A stretch of 64,000 nucleotides of DNA, from assembly GCA_015491935.1 (NCBI GenBank), contig WGGB01000001.1, positions 5,214-69,213 of the forward strand, given 5' to 3'. Below the pieces are notes generated by a model, which saw nothing but the letters and a program-made list of their open reading frames with translations, did not search any database and was not told the origin of the DNA. Both the position numbers and the translations under genes were made by a program. Positions 9,818 through 19,192 of the stretch are shown piece by piece. Within the stretch, counting starts at the first letter, position 1. The number at the start of each line of letters is the position of its first letter. The stretch comes from Alteromonadaceae bacterium (GTDB lineage: Bacteria > Pseudomonadota > Gammaproteobacteria > Enterobacterales > Alteromonadaceae).

Positions 9818-10654
9818 TTAGAAATAATTTTTACTGGTTAAATAATAGATAAAGTCAACCATTTCTTGTTGCGCCTTAGTGCTATTTTCGCCAAGATTTT
9901 TATCTTGGCGCTCTGCTTCTATATTAATGTAGCGTATATGGTGCATTTGCGCGTAAACCGATAACGAACCATCATCTTCTTTAGGATCCGTTGTTACGAT
10001 AGGATTTTGTAAAACGACGTTCCAATGATATTTACGCATCATGTGAAAATCTATCGGTTCAGTCACATAAAATAAATTATCTTCATCATGAAAGTCAGCA
10101 ATATTGACATCAATTAAAAAATTTTCGCCTTTACCTAATTTACTTTTATAACGATAAATAGAGACATCCCCTCGACCATGTTGATGATCGCCTGCAAATC
10201 CTTCGGTATTATTGTGCATTGCTACCCAAGTTATCGGTTGTTTGGCTTGATTTAGTTGGGCTAAGACAAATTTGCCTAATTTAAAGGCTCGTTTTATCGC
10301 TTTTCGAGCTGTTGAGCTATTTAGTTTTAATTTAGGATTTAATTTTTTTATAGAGGAGGCAATACCCGCAATGGTAAATAAACGATTAGGGTCAACATAA
10401 ACTTGGGTTGTTTTTTGCTGTTCTTTGATGTGTAAAGTAACATTACGCGTACCTTGTTGGCGCATAATAATAAAGGCTCCGCCTTGTTTTTTTACTTTAT
10501 CAGCCACATAAGTATTACCAACAAATTCACTTTCATGAGGGGCATAAAATATTTGTTTTTGTGCGCTGGCAGGTTTACCTACTACTTCAAGGTAAATATC
10601 CTGTTGGTTTGGAAAAATAAGCGCGTGTGATAATAAAAAAGCTAATTTGATCAT
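9818..10654 (-). CDS. Hypothetical protein, possibly a secreted zinc-hydrolase-like enzyme
   Basis: 278 aa with a weakly hydrophobic N-terminus (MIKLAFLLSHALIF). H40-E-S-E43 ... VDPNRLF ... H147 (VAMHNNTEG) is spaced like the HxxE...H zinc ligands of M14/AstE-type hydrolases. The assignment is tentative. Confidence 0.35.
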   Translation of the reverse strand: MIKLAFLLSHALIFPNQQDIYLEVVGKPASAQKQIFYAPHESEFVGNTYVADKVKKQGGAFIIMRQQGTRNVTLHIKEQQKTTQVYVDPNRLFTIAGIASSIKKLNPKLKLNSSTARKAIKRAFKLGKFVLAQLNQAKQPITWVAMHNNTEGFAGDHQHGRGDVSIYRYKSKLGKGENFLIDVNIADFHDEDNLFYVTEPIDFHMMRKYHWNVVLQNPIVTTDPKEDDGSLSVYAQMHHIRYINIEAERQDKNLGENSTKAQQEMVDFIYYLTSKNYF

Positions 10655-10874
10655 AATAAATTAAAATATGGTTACTTTATTGTTGTTACGTTTGTTATTG
10701 TATTTGTTGTTTTAATTTTTATTTTATAACGATATAGTACACTTAAATTTAAGGTTATTGCTAACCATAATTCAATTATTTACTCGTCATTTTTCTTAAT
10801 TTAATAATAATGATTTGCTAAATCTTTACCTCAGGTTATAGTTTAATTATTGTCTCATTATTCCTCTGCTTTAT

Positions 10875-12611
10875 ATGCCATTAACCAATAATCAAATAGC
10901 GCTCATTATTTTTATATTAAGTTTAATTGCTGCGCTGTTTGTCCAGCAAAATGTCAGTAAACAATGGCAAGAGCAAAGTTATGTTTATCAAATTTATAAA
11001 AATTCAGCAGGTGTTGATGCTTATAAATATAAAGGTAAAGAGCAATTAATTACGCACGCCGTTGCTTATGAAAACTCACCTTTAAATCAGCAACACTTAA
11101 ATCAATTAACGGAACAACCGCGTTTAATTGAGCAATGGGTGTATAAGGTTAATGATAAAGGTGAAAAAGTTTTACAACTACTTAAACCAGGTTTTCATTT
11201 TGGTTTATGGTCATTATTGCCCGCTGCTATTGCGATTATTTTATGCTTGTTAACCAAAGAGCCCATTACCGCATTATTTGGCGGTATTGTTGTTGGTGCT
11301 TTTATGTTGGGGCGTTTTGATATTACCGACAAAGTGTTAGTACCAAGTTTAGCCAGTGAAAGTGCGGCAGCCATATTGTTGTTGTATTTATGGTTGTTAG
11401 GCGGGTTAATTGGTATTTGGTCAAAAACGGGAGCCGCTTATGCTTTTGCTCAAACCATGACTAAACATTTTGTACGCGGTGCTCGTTCGGCAAAAGTGGT
11501 GAGTTGGTTGTTAGGCATTATTTTTTTTCAAGGTGGTACTGTCTCAACTGTTTTAGTGGGCACTACTGTTAGACCTTTAGCGGATAAAGCAAAGGTGAGT
11601 CATGAAGAGATGAGTTATATTGTTGATTCTACCGCGTCACCTATCGCCTTAATTTTGGCTTTTAATGCTTGGCCTATCTATGTTCAAGCATTAATTTTTG
11701 TGCCTGGTGTTACTTTTTTAGCGACAGAGGCTGATAGAATTGCTTTTTTCTTTGCTAGCATTCCCTTTAGTTTTTATAGCATTTTAGCTGTAACAGGGAC
11801 TTTTTTACTGAGTATTAATATTACCAAATTTAGTGGAAAAGGTATTCGTGCAGCTCACCAACGAGCTGCGACAACAGGGCAGTTAGATGCACCCGACGCA
11901 CGTCCATTAAGTGCTAAGGAACTACAACATAGCCGTATTCCAGAGTATTACACGCCTAATTTTATTGAGTTTATTTTACCCTTAATTGTTTTAATTATTA
12001 TTGCTATTAGTAGTTTTATTTTTCTCGGTTCACCTAAAGTAAATTGGGCATTTGGTGCAGCATTAATGTTGTCTGTTATTATTGCCTTAATAAAAGGGAT
12101 GAAATTAACCGATTTACTCGACGGTTTTAACCAAGGTTTAAAAGGGGTTGTTGTCGCTTCTGTTATTTTAATGCTTGCTATAACTATTGGTAGTATTAGT
12201 AAAGAAATTGGTGGTGGTTTATATTTAGTTGATTTATTAGGGAAAAACATTCCATATTGGGCATTACCAGTCATGTTACAAGTGATCACTATGATCATTG
12301 CTTTTTCAACGGGTACAAGCTGGGGAACTTACGCTATTGCGTTTCCATTAGCTATGCCGCTGGCATGGACGATTGCACAATCACAAGGTTTAGCTAACCC
12401 TGAGTTATTTATGATGGTGTGTTTTGCTACGGTGTTAAATGGCAGTATTTATGGCGATCAGTGTTCCCCCATTTCAGATACCACTATTTTAAGTTCGATG
12501 ACAACGGGATGTGATTTAATGGACCATGTTAAAACACAATTATTTCCAGCAACCTTAACCGCAGGGATCGCTGGAGTATTATGGACATTAACCGTTTTAC
12601 TTGCTGCTTAG
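10875..12611 (+). CDS. Na+/H+ antiporter NhaC family transporter with ~100-aa N-terminal extension
   Basis: 578 aa, polytopic. [11 protein letters not shown] and DHVKTQL motifs match the paralog at 5676-7073. N-terminal TM helix plus a soluble segment. Confidence 0.8.
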   Translation: MPLTNNQIALIIFILSLIAALFVQQNVSKQWQEQSYVYQIYKNSAGVDAYKYKGKEQLITHAVAYENSPLNQQHLNQLTEQPRLIEQWVYKVNDKGEKVLQLLKPGFHFGLWSLLPAAIAIILCLLTKEPITALFGGIVVGAFMLGRFDITDKVLVPSLASESAAAILLLYLWLLGGLIGIWSKTGAAYAFAQTMTKHFVRGARSAKVVSWLLGIIFFQGGTVSTVLVGTTVRPLADKAKVSHEEMSYIVDSTASPIALILAFNAWPIYVQALIFVPGVTFLATEADRIAFFFASIPFSFYSILAVTGTFLLSINITKFSGKGIRAAHQRAATTGQLDAPDARPLSAKELQHSRIPEYYTPNFIEFILPLIVLIIIAISSFIFLGSPKVNWAFGAALMLSVIIALIKGMKLTDLLDGFNQGLKGVVVASVILMLAITIGSISKEIGGGLYLVDLLGKNIPYWALPVMLQVITMIIAFSTGTSWGTYAIAFPLAMPLAWTIAQSQGLANPELFMMVCFATVLNGSIYGDQCSPISDTTILSSMTTGCDLMDHVKTQLFPATLTAGIAGVLWTLTVLLAA

Positions 12612-12669
12612 CTTCTTGTTATTTCGCCTATTTGCGTATTAAATAAGTGATTAATATAAAATAATAAAT

Positions 12670-14658
12670 ATGACTAAAAAATTCTTTTTTGTTTTCATTG
12701 CCTTTACATTCATCATAGTGGTTATAAAGTTGACTTATAATAAAACAAATCAAGCTAAAAAGGCTCCCGTAAAGATGACATTAGAGCAACAAGTTGCACA
12801 GAAAATAATGATTGATTTACGCTATTATTGTCCTGATATGAATGAAAATACCAACGCAGAAAGCGAGTTAGAAAATCACTTAGAAGGTTATATAGGACAA
12901 AATAATCCGCATAATACTTCAGTGAATGAGCAAAAAAAATGTTTTACACCATTAACACGATTACCGAAAGAACTGGCCGAGTTAATTAAAACGACTTCAT
13001 TAGGTGGAGTGATTTTATTTGATGATAATTTAGTTGATAGTAAACAAATCATTCAATTAACGAGTGATTTGCAAAATGCAGCATTAAGTTCTGATACTGG
13101 TTTACCGTTATTTATATCTGTAGATCAAGAAGGAGGGCGAGTGGTGCGTTTACCTCGCAATATAACCACCTCTTTTACGGGCAATATGGCAATAGGCGCA
13201 ACATATGCAAAACACGGTACAGAGTATGCCTTAAAAGTTGGTAAAATACTCGGTAATGAATTATATGCTTTAGGTTTTAATGTGGATCACGCACCTGATA
13301 TTGATGTGAACATTAATGCGAATAATCCCGTGATAAATGTACGCTCTTTTGGTGAAGACCCTAAAATGGTGGCTGATTTAGGTATTGCCATGCTCGAAGG
13401 TTTACAAAGTCAAGGGGTTATTGCAACACTGAAGCATTTTCCAGGTCATGGTGATACCAATATAGACAGCCATACTGGTTTGCCTGTCGTAAATCATAAT
13501 TTAACCACGGTTGAAAAGATTGATTTATACCCATTTCAGCAGGCAATTGATCATAGTCATGTTGACATGATCATGACAGCACATATTCAGTATCCAGCCT
13601 TAGATAATTCAGTTATGGTGAATAAACGCGGTGAATCTATGATAAAACCCGCGACTTTATCTAAAAAAATATTAACAGATTTATTACGTAATAAAATGGG
13701 CTATAAAGGATTAGTAGTCACTGATGCGTTAGATATGGCAGGCATTAGTCATTTTTTCACACCAGTAGAAGCGGTACTAAAAACTTTTAAAGCAGGCGCT
13801 GATATTGCTTTAATGCCCATAAAAATACGTAAGCCTTCAGATATTAAAGTATTTAAAAACTTTATTAGTTTATTAACAAAACGCATTTTAGATGATCCGC
13901 TTACCTTGCAACAAACTAATGCTTCTGTTGAACGTATTCTCAAGGTTAAAAAGAAGATAATGGTAACAAAATTATCACCTGAAAAAATTAAAGAGAAAAT
14001 AACTCAGGCGAATAAAGTATTAGCAAGCCCTGCTCATCGAAAGGTTGAGCTAGCATTAGCTCTGAATGCGATTGTTGAAATACAAAATAACCTTGAGCAA
14101 TCTAGTTCAGATAAAGCCTCTGTTTATAAATCAGCACAGCATTCATGGCAAGCATCTATTCGTCGAGTACATATTCTATTTCCACAGCAACAACAAAGTG
14201 ATGCCATGACAATGGCACTTGAGCAGTATTCAGATCAATTTCCTTGGCAAATATCGAGTTCAAGTCTTGAAAACTATAATCTAGAAACGCTTTTTCAACA
14301 GATTAAAAAAAGTGATTTACTTATTGTTGCTAGTGACAGTCAAAAAACAGCCGTTGAATTAGGTGGTGTTGATAATTTAGCTCAAAAAAATTCTTTGATA
14401 AACTCTGATTTTGGGGATAACAGCATAAAAGCATTATCTTTTGCAAAAAAGCATCATAAAAAAACAATATTTATAACCTTAAAAACGCCTTATAATTTAG
14501 CTAAATTTTTACCTTTGTCTGATTGTGTTTTGACAAGTTTTGATGGTAATTTATACCAGAATAAAAATAACCAGTTAGTTGGCGCTGCTTTTGAGGCTTT
14601 AGCTGCTGTCATTACGGGTAAATTTTTACCTCAAGGTAAACTCCCCGTGACTATTTAG
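12670..14658 (+). CDS. Glycoside hydrolase family 3 beta-N-acetylhexosaminidase (exported, two-domain YbbD/NagZ-like)
   Basis: 662 aa with an N-terminal signal/anchor. GH3 motifs: SVDQEGGRV, KHFPGHGDT, VVTDALDM. Confidence 0.85.
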   Translation: MTKKFFFVFIAFTFIIVVIKLTYNKTNQAKKAPVKMTLEQQVAQKIMIDLRYYCPDMNENTNAESELENHLEGYIGQNNPHNTSVNEQKKCFTPLTRLPKELAELIKTTSLGGVILFDDNLVDSKQIIQLTSDLQNAALSSDTGLPLFISVDQEGGRVVRLPRNITTSFTGNMAIGATYAKHGTEYALKVGKILGNELYALGFNVDHAPDIDVNINANNPVINVRSFGEDPKMVADLGIAMLEGLQSQGVIATLKHFPGHGDTNIDSHTGLPVVNHNLTTVEKIDLYPFQQAIDHSHVDMIMTAHIQYPALDNSVMVNKRGESMIKPATLSKKILTDLLRNKMGYKGLVVTDALDMAGISHFFTPVEAVLKTFKAGADIALMPIKIRKPSDIKVFKNFISLLTKRILDDPLTLQQTNASVERILKVKKKIMVTKLSPEKIKEKITQANKVLASPAHRKVELALALNAIVEIQNNLEQSSSDKASVYKSAQHSWQASIRRVHILFPQQQQSDAMTMALEQYSDQFPWQISSSSLENYNLETLFQQIKKSDLLIVASDSQKTAVELGGVDNLAQKNSLINSDFGDNSIKALSFAKKHHKKTIFITLKTPYNLAKFLPLSDCVLTSFDGNLYQNKNNQLVGAAFEALAAVITGKFLPQGKLPVTI

Positions 14659-15034
14659 TCTATTTGTAGCACTAATGATTTACTAAAGTTTAAATTTTGT
14701 TAAACTATTATTTACTAAGATTAGTAACATATTATTAAATCTGAAATATTTAGAATTTAAACTACTTAGAGCCTGCTTTGTTTGTTGTCGTTGGTACAAT
14801 CATTGCTTGTTTTAATAAGTAATTTATTAACTTAGTAAAACATTAGTAAAACAATAATAATATTTTAGTGTCACTTTTTATCCTTTTAATCACCTATTCA
14901 AGTACTTACTGTATTTTATTGTTTTAGTAACTAATTTAAGTTAACAAAAATGAATACTGGTCTAATGTGTGTTGATTTAAGTTAATTACCACGTAAAATA
15001 AAAAAACTATTTTTAATTCTTTGTGAGGGATGTT

Positions 15035-16837
15035 ATGAAATCAAAGCTAATACAATTTAAATCTTTTGTGACGCTAGTAATACTAGGTTTAAGCCTAGTT
15101 ATTACAGGACAGGCTTGGGCGCAAAATTCAGCTTTAGAGACTAAAAAAGCTATTTTAGTAAGTAAATTTATTAAATATGTAGAGTGGCCTGAACAAGCAG
15201 TTAAATCTAAATTCGAAATAGGAGTTTATGAAGATACTAAATTATATAATATATTTAACCATTATTTTGCTGATAAATCGATTAAAGACAAAAGTATTGT
15301 CGTTACTTTAGTTAATAGTCTTAATAAAGCTAAAAAAGTTAATTTATTGTATATTCCGTCTTCAAAAAGTAGAGATTTATTTAAAATAGCAGAAAAAACG
15401 AGCGGTTCTTATGTGTTATTAGTGAGTGAAAATAATAAAAACACTCCTAAAACAATGATTAATCTTTTATTTAATCAAGATAAAAGTAAAATAGCCATCA
15501 AAATAAATTATGCTAACACCAAGCGTGAAAAGTTAAAAGTTCCAGAAGCGTCATATTTTTTAGATGGAAAAAATGATGCTCATGTTCTAGCGTTAAGTGA
15601 ACGAGCGGTTAAACAAAACCAACTTAAGAAAGAATTAAAAATCTTAAACAAATATGTTTTACAGCAAAAAAATCAGTTATCTCAACTAAAAGATAAACTT
15701 AGTGCGAACGAAGAAAAACTAGCCAAATATAATCTTGCTCTGAAACAACAAACAGCAAAATTAAAAATAGCTCAAAAACAAAATGATAAGCAACAAAAAA
15801 CACTTGCATCAGCGACTAAAAAAGTAGAAAAATTAAGTAAAAATCTTGCGGATAAAACTAAACAGTTAAATATGACCAAGGAAGAATGGTTAGGAGCTGA
15901 AGCAGAAAAGTCAGCGCAACAAGAAGCTAAAATTAAAGAATTATCTGAAAAAATAGCTAAACAAGAAAAACTAGTTAAAACTCAAATTAGTCAATTGGCC
16001 AAAGTGAAAAAACAAAATAAGCAATTAGCAAACTATAGTAATTTGTTTTATATTGCTTTAATTATCGCATTAGTGGCTTTAGCAATAGCAGGTTTATTTT
16101 GGAGTAGAAATAAAAAATCTACCGCGATAATTAATGAAGCAGAGAAGGTTGCTAAAGAAGCTCAGTCAACTCTAGCAACGAGAGAACAACAGCTAGTAAA
16201 ATCTGAAAATATAGCAGCATTAGGTTATATCGCTTCCGATGTTACATATGCTGCAGGTAATTCAGTTGAAGATGCATTAGAGCATAGTGTTGAAATAAAA
16301 GATTTGAAAAATATTGAAACACTTAAACCTGCAGTAGCTTTATTAGAAAATTATAATCAAATAGCGACGGATCAAGATGAAGATGAAAAACAATCTTTTG
16401 ATCTAGTGGCTTATATTAATAAGCTGATGAGTCTTTTCAGTGTAGAATTTCAAGCAAGTAATATTCAATATATTTTCGCTGGTGAAAGTAAATTAGTGGT
16501 TAATTCAATTCCTGGCCATATTGCTTTGGTTTTATTAAACCTAGTTAATAATTCAATAAAACACGGTTTTGATAATAAAGGTAACGGTAAAATATCAATA
16601 TTGATTGAAAAAACACCGCAAGGTGGGGCTAAACTTGTTGTTCAGGATAATGGTGCGGGTATGGATAAGAAAACTCAGCAAGAAATTTTTACGCCATTTT
16701 TTACCACTAAGCCAGAACGTGGTTATTTAGGTCTAGGAATGAGTACTGTAGAAGATATAGTTAAAAATAAATTAACTGCCAATATTAAATTGCAAAGTCA
16801 AACGGGTAAAGGCACAACAATTACTATTACACTATAG
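15035..16837 (+). CDS. Histidine-kinase-like membrane protein: signal peptide, YfiR/DUF4154-like domain, long coiled coil, TM, degenerate DHp, HATPase_c
   Basis: ATG 15035 (MKSKLIQFKSF...AWA) preferred over GTG 15023. Periplasmic AILVSKFIKYVEWPE...LLYIPSS...VLLVSEN is DUF4154-like. TM helix LFYIALIIALVALAIAGLFW. N box LLNLVNNSIKHG, G1 DNGAGM, F FTPFFTTK, G2 GLGLGMS. Confidence 0.8.
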   Translation: MKSKLIQFKSFVTLVILGLSLVITGQAWAQNSALETKKAILVSKFIKYVEWPEQAVKSKFEIGVYEDTKLYNIFNHYFADKSIKDKSIVVTLVNSLNKAKKVNLLYIPSSKSRDLFKIAEKTSGSYVLLVSENNKNTPKTMINLLFNQDKSKIAIKINYANTKREKLKVPEASYFLDGKNDAHVLALSERAVKQNQLKKELKILNKYVLQQKNQLSQLKDKLSANEEKLAKYNLALKQQTAKLKIAQKQNDKQQKTLASATKKVEKLSKNLADKTKQLNMTKEEWLGAEAEKSAQQEAKIKELSEKIAKQEKLVKTQISQLAKVKKQNKQLANYSNLFYIALIIALVALAIAGLFWSRNKKSTAIINEAEKVAKEAQSTLATREQQLVKSENIAALGYIASDVTYAAGNSVEDALEHSVEIKDLKNIETLKPAVALLENYNQIATDQDEDEKQSFDLVAYINKLMSLFSVEFQASNIQYIFAGESKLVVNSIPGHIALVLLNLVNNSIKHGFDNKGNGKISILIEKTPQGGAKLVVQDNGAGMDKKTQQEIFTPFFTTKPERGYLGLGMSTVEDIVKNKLTANIKLQSQTGKGTTITITL

Positions 16838-16884
16838 TATCGTCATTGTTCTTCTTTATTTAAGAAAAACGATCCTATTTACCT

Positions 16885-17733
16885 CTAGCAATGCCGAGTA
16901 ATTAACTGTTTTAACAGACTAGTTACTCGGTTTTCTTGTTTATACACCAAGCCAATTTTTCGAGTTAATTTTACCCCTTTAATTTTTCTAAAACTTATAT
17001 CACTGTACTGCTCTAATTCATTATATAAAGGCAGCAACGCTAGACCAACTCCCGCACTAACTAAGCCAAGTGCATAATCAATAGTTTGAATTTTGGCGCG
17101 CACATCAATATTAATTTGCTTTGTGCTTAGCTCACTAACAAAAGGTTGCCAAGCACTGCAAGGCGTGCGCTGAATAAAAGGTTGTTGATGCAAATCGTCT
17201 AATTCAATTTCATTTTTTAATGATAAAATATGATTATGTGGTAAAGCTAATACGTAATCCTCTTGCCACATAGCAATAAAATTATCATCGTTGTGGCATT
17301 CTTCTATGGCAATGATTTTTGCATCACAAGGTTCATTTGGCGACACTAAAGTCAATTCGATAGATTCTAATGATGTGGTGAAATCTTTTAGCAGCGCACT
17401 CATACGAGCGACCCCCAAACCTTTTGTTAAACCAAGACTGACGGGAATTTTTTCATTTTTTTGCACAAAAAGAGATTTAATTGCATCTGCTTGGCCTAAC
17501 AGTTTTTTGGCTAATGGGTAGAGCTGTTTGCCTGCATCTGTTGCTTTTACACCTCGAGCATGGCGAAAAAATAATTGTATTGCCAATTCTTTTTCTAGTA
17601 GTTGAATTGAAGCGGAAATAGAAGGTTGAGCGACAAAGCAAGCTTTAGCGGCACTGCTAATACTACCTTGTTCATAAATACTGATAAAATAATGTAATGC
17701 ACGTAAATCCATAATGACTCTGTTGAAATTCAA
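16885..17733 (-). CDS. LysR family transcriptional regulator (GcdR-like position, divergent from gcdH)
   Basis: 282 aa. N-terminal HTH (LRALHYFISIYEQGSISSAAKACFVAQPSISASIQLLEKEL) and a LysR substrate-binding domain. Confidence 0.88.
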   Translation of the reverse strand: MNFNRVIMDLRALHYFISIYEQGSISSAAKACFVAQPSISASIQLLEKELAIQLFFRHARGVKATDAGKQLYPLAKKLLGQADAIKSLFVQKNEKIPVSLGLTKGLGVARMSALLKDFTTSLESIELTLVSPNEPCDAKIIAIEECHNDDNFIAMWQEDYVLALPHNHILSLKNEIELDDLHQQPFIQRTPCSAWQPFVSELSTKQINIDVRAKIQTIDYALGLVSAGVGLALLPLYNELEQYSDISFRKIKGVKLTRKIGLVYKQENRVTSLLKQLITRHC

Positions 17734-17905
17734 TAAATACCCATAGTATAAAGCTATAGCTAATAAAGTTAATTAATATTTTAACTTTGTAGCTATTCAT
17801 TTTACTATAGAAAAATTATTATAAATTTAGTTTTAACATAAACTAATAAACTTTATACAAATAGCCTATTCAAATACTATGGCTTATAAAAACTAAGGAT
17901 AACTT

Positions 17906-19081
17906 ATGTCACGCACTACCTTTAACTGGCAAGATCCACTTTCAATTGATTCTTTATTAACCGAAGACGAGCGTATGATCCGTGATAGTGCGCATCAATA
18001 TTGCCAAGAAAAATTAATGCCTCGAGTCTTAACCGCTAATCGTGAAGAACGTTTTGATCGTGAAATAATGACAGAATTAGGTGAGTTAGGTTTATTAGGG
18101 GCAACCATTCCCGAAAAGTATGGTTGTGCTGGTGTTAATTATGTTGTTTATGGTTTAGTTGCGCGTGAAGTTGAGCGTGTTGATAGTGGTTATCGTAGTG
18201 CAATGAGTGTGCAATCATCACTGGTTATGCATCCAATATACGCGTACGGCAGCGAAGAACAACGTATGAAGTATTTGCCCAAATTGGCGACGGGTGAATA
18301 TGTTGGCTGTTTTGGTTTAACTGAGCCAAATTCAGGCTCAGATCCTGCAAGTATGGCAACTAAAGCGATTAAAGTTGACGGTGGCTTTAAACTAAACGGC
18401 ACTAAAATGTGGATCACCAATTCACCCATTGCTGATGTATTTATTGTTTGGGGTAAATTAGACGGTGTCATTCGCGGCTTTATTTTAGAAAAAGGTATGG
18501 CGGGTTTATCTGCGCCCAAAATTGAAGGTAAGTTTTCATTACGAGCCTCTATTACGGGGGAAATAGTCATGGAAGATGTTTTTGTACCAAAAGAAAATAT
18601 GCTACCCAATGTTAGTGGTTTAAAAGGCCCATTTGGTTGCTTAAATAAAGCGCGTTATGGTATTGCTTGGGGCGCTTTAGGAGCGGCAGAATTTTGTTGG
18701 CACGCCGCTCGTCAATATACTCTTGATCGTGAGCAATTTGGTCGCCCATTAGCAGCAACACAACTTATCCAGAAAAAATTGGCTGATATGCAAACGGATA
18801 TAACCACGAGTTTATTTGCGTGTTTACAAGCGGGTCGCTTAATGGATGAAGATAAATTGGCTGTTGAAGCAATCTCTTTAATTAAACGTAATTCGTGTGG
18901 TAAAGCGTTAGAAATTGCGCGCATAGCACGTGATATGCACGGCGGTAACGGTATTAGCGATGAATTTCATGTTATTCGTCATGTCATGAATCTTGAAGCG
19001 GTGAATACCTATGAAGGTACACATGATGTGCACGCGTTAATATTGGGTCGTGCGCAAACAGGTATTCAAGCGTTCTACTAA
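17906..19081 (+). CDS. gcdH: Glutaryl-CoA dehydrogenase (acyl-CoA dehydrogenase family)
   Basis: 391 aa. [20 protein letters not shown], the C-terminal [14 protein letters not shown] signature and the overall length are typical of GcdH. Confidence 0.88.
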   Translation: MSRTTFNWQDPLSIDSLLTEDERMIRDSAHQYCQEKLMPRVLTANREERFDREIMTELGELGLLGATIPEKYGCAGVNYVVYGLVAREVERVDSGYRSAMSVQSSLVMHPIYAYGSEEQRMKYLPKLATGEYVGCFGLTEPNSGSDPASMATKAIKVDGGFKLNGTKMWITNSPIADVFIVWGKLDGVIRGFILEKGMAGLSAPKIEGKFSLRASITGEIVMEDVFVPKENMLPNVSGLKGPFGCLNKARYGIAWGALGAAEFCWHAARQYTLDREQFGRPLAATQLIQKKLADMQTDITTSLFACLQAGRLMDEDKLAVEAISLIKRNSCGKALEIARIARDMHGGNGISDEFHVIRHVMNLEAVNTYEGTHDVHALILGRAQTGIQAFY

Positions 19082-19192
19082 TATTCGTTTAAATAGAATA
19101 AATAAATTTTTGTAGGTCGACTGTTGAGTCTCACTGCGCTGGTGTCAATCTACAATCGTTTGATTTAAATAAAATAATCATGTGGAGTACAC

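Noticed and set aside
11948-12298. 116-aa minus-strand ORF.
   Set aside because: It is antisense within the NhaC-family transporter and its Ile/Lys-rich product is typical of an AT-rich shadow frame.
18190-18609. 139-aa minus-strand ORF (also 18712-18924).
   Set aside because: It is antisense within gcdH and has no independent signals.
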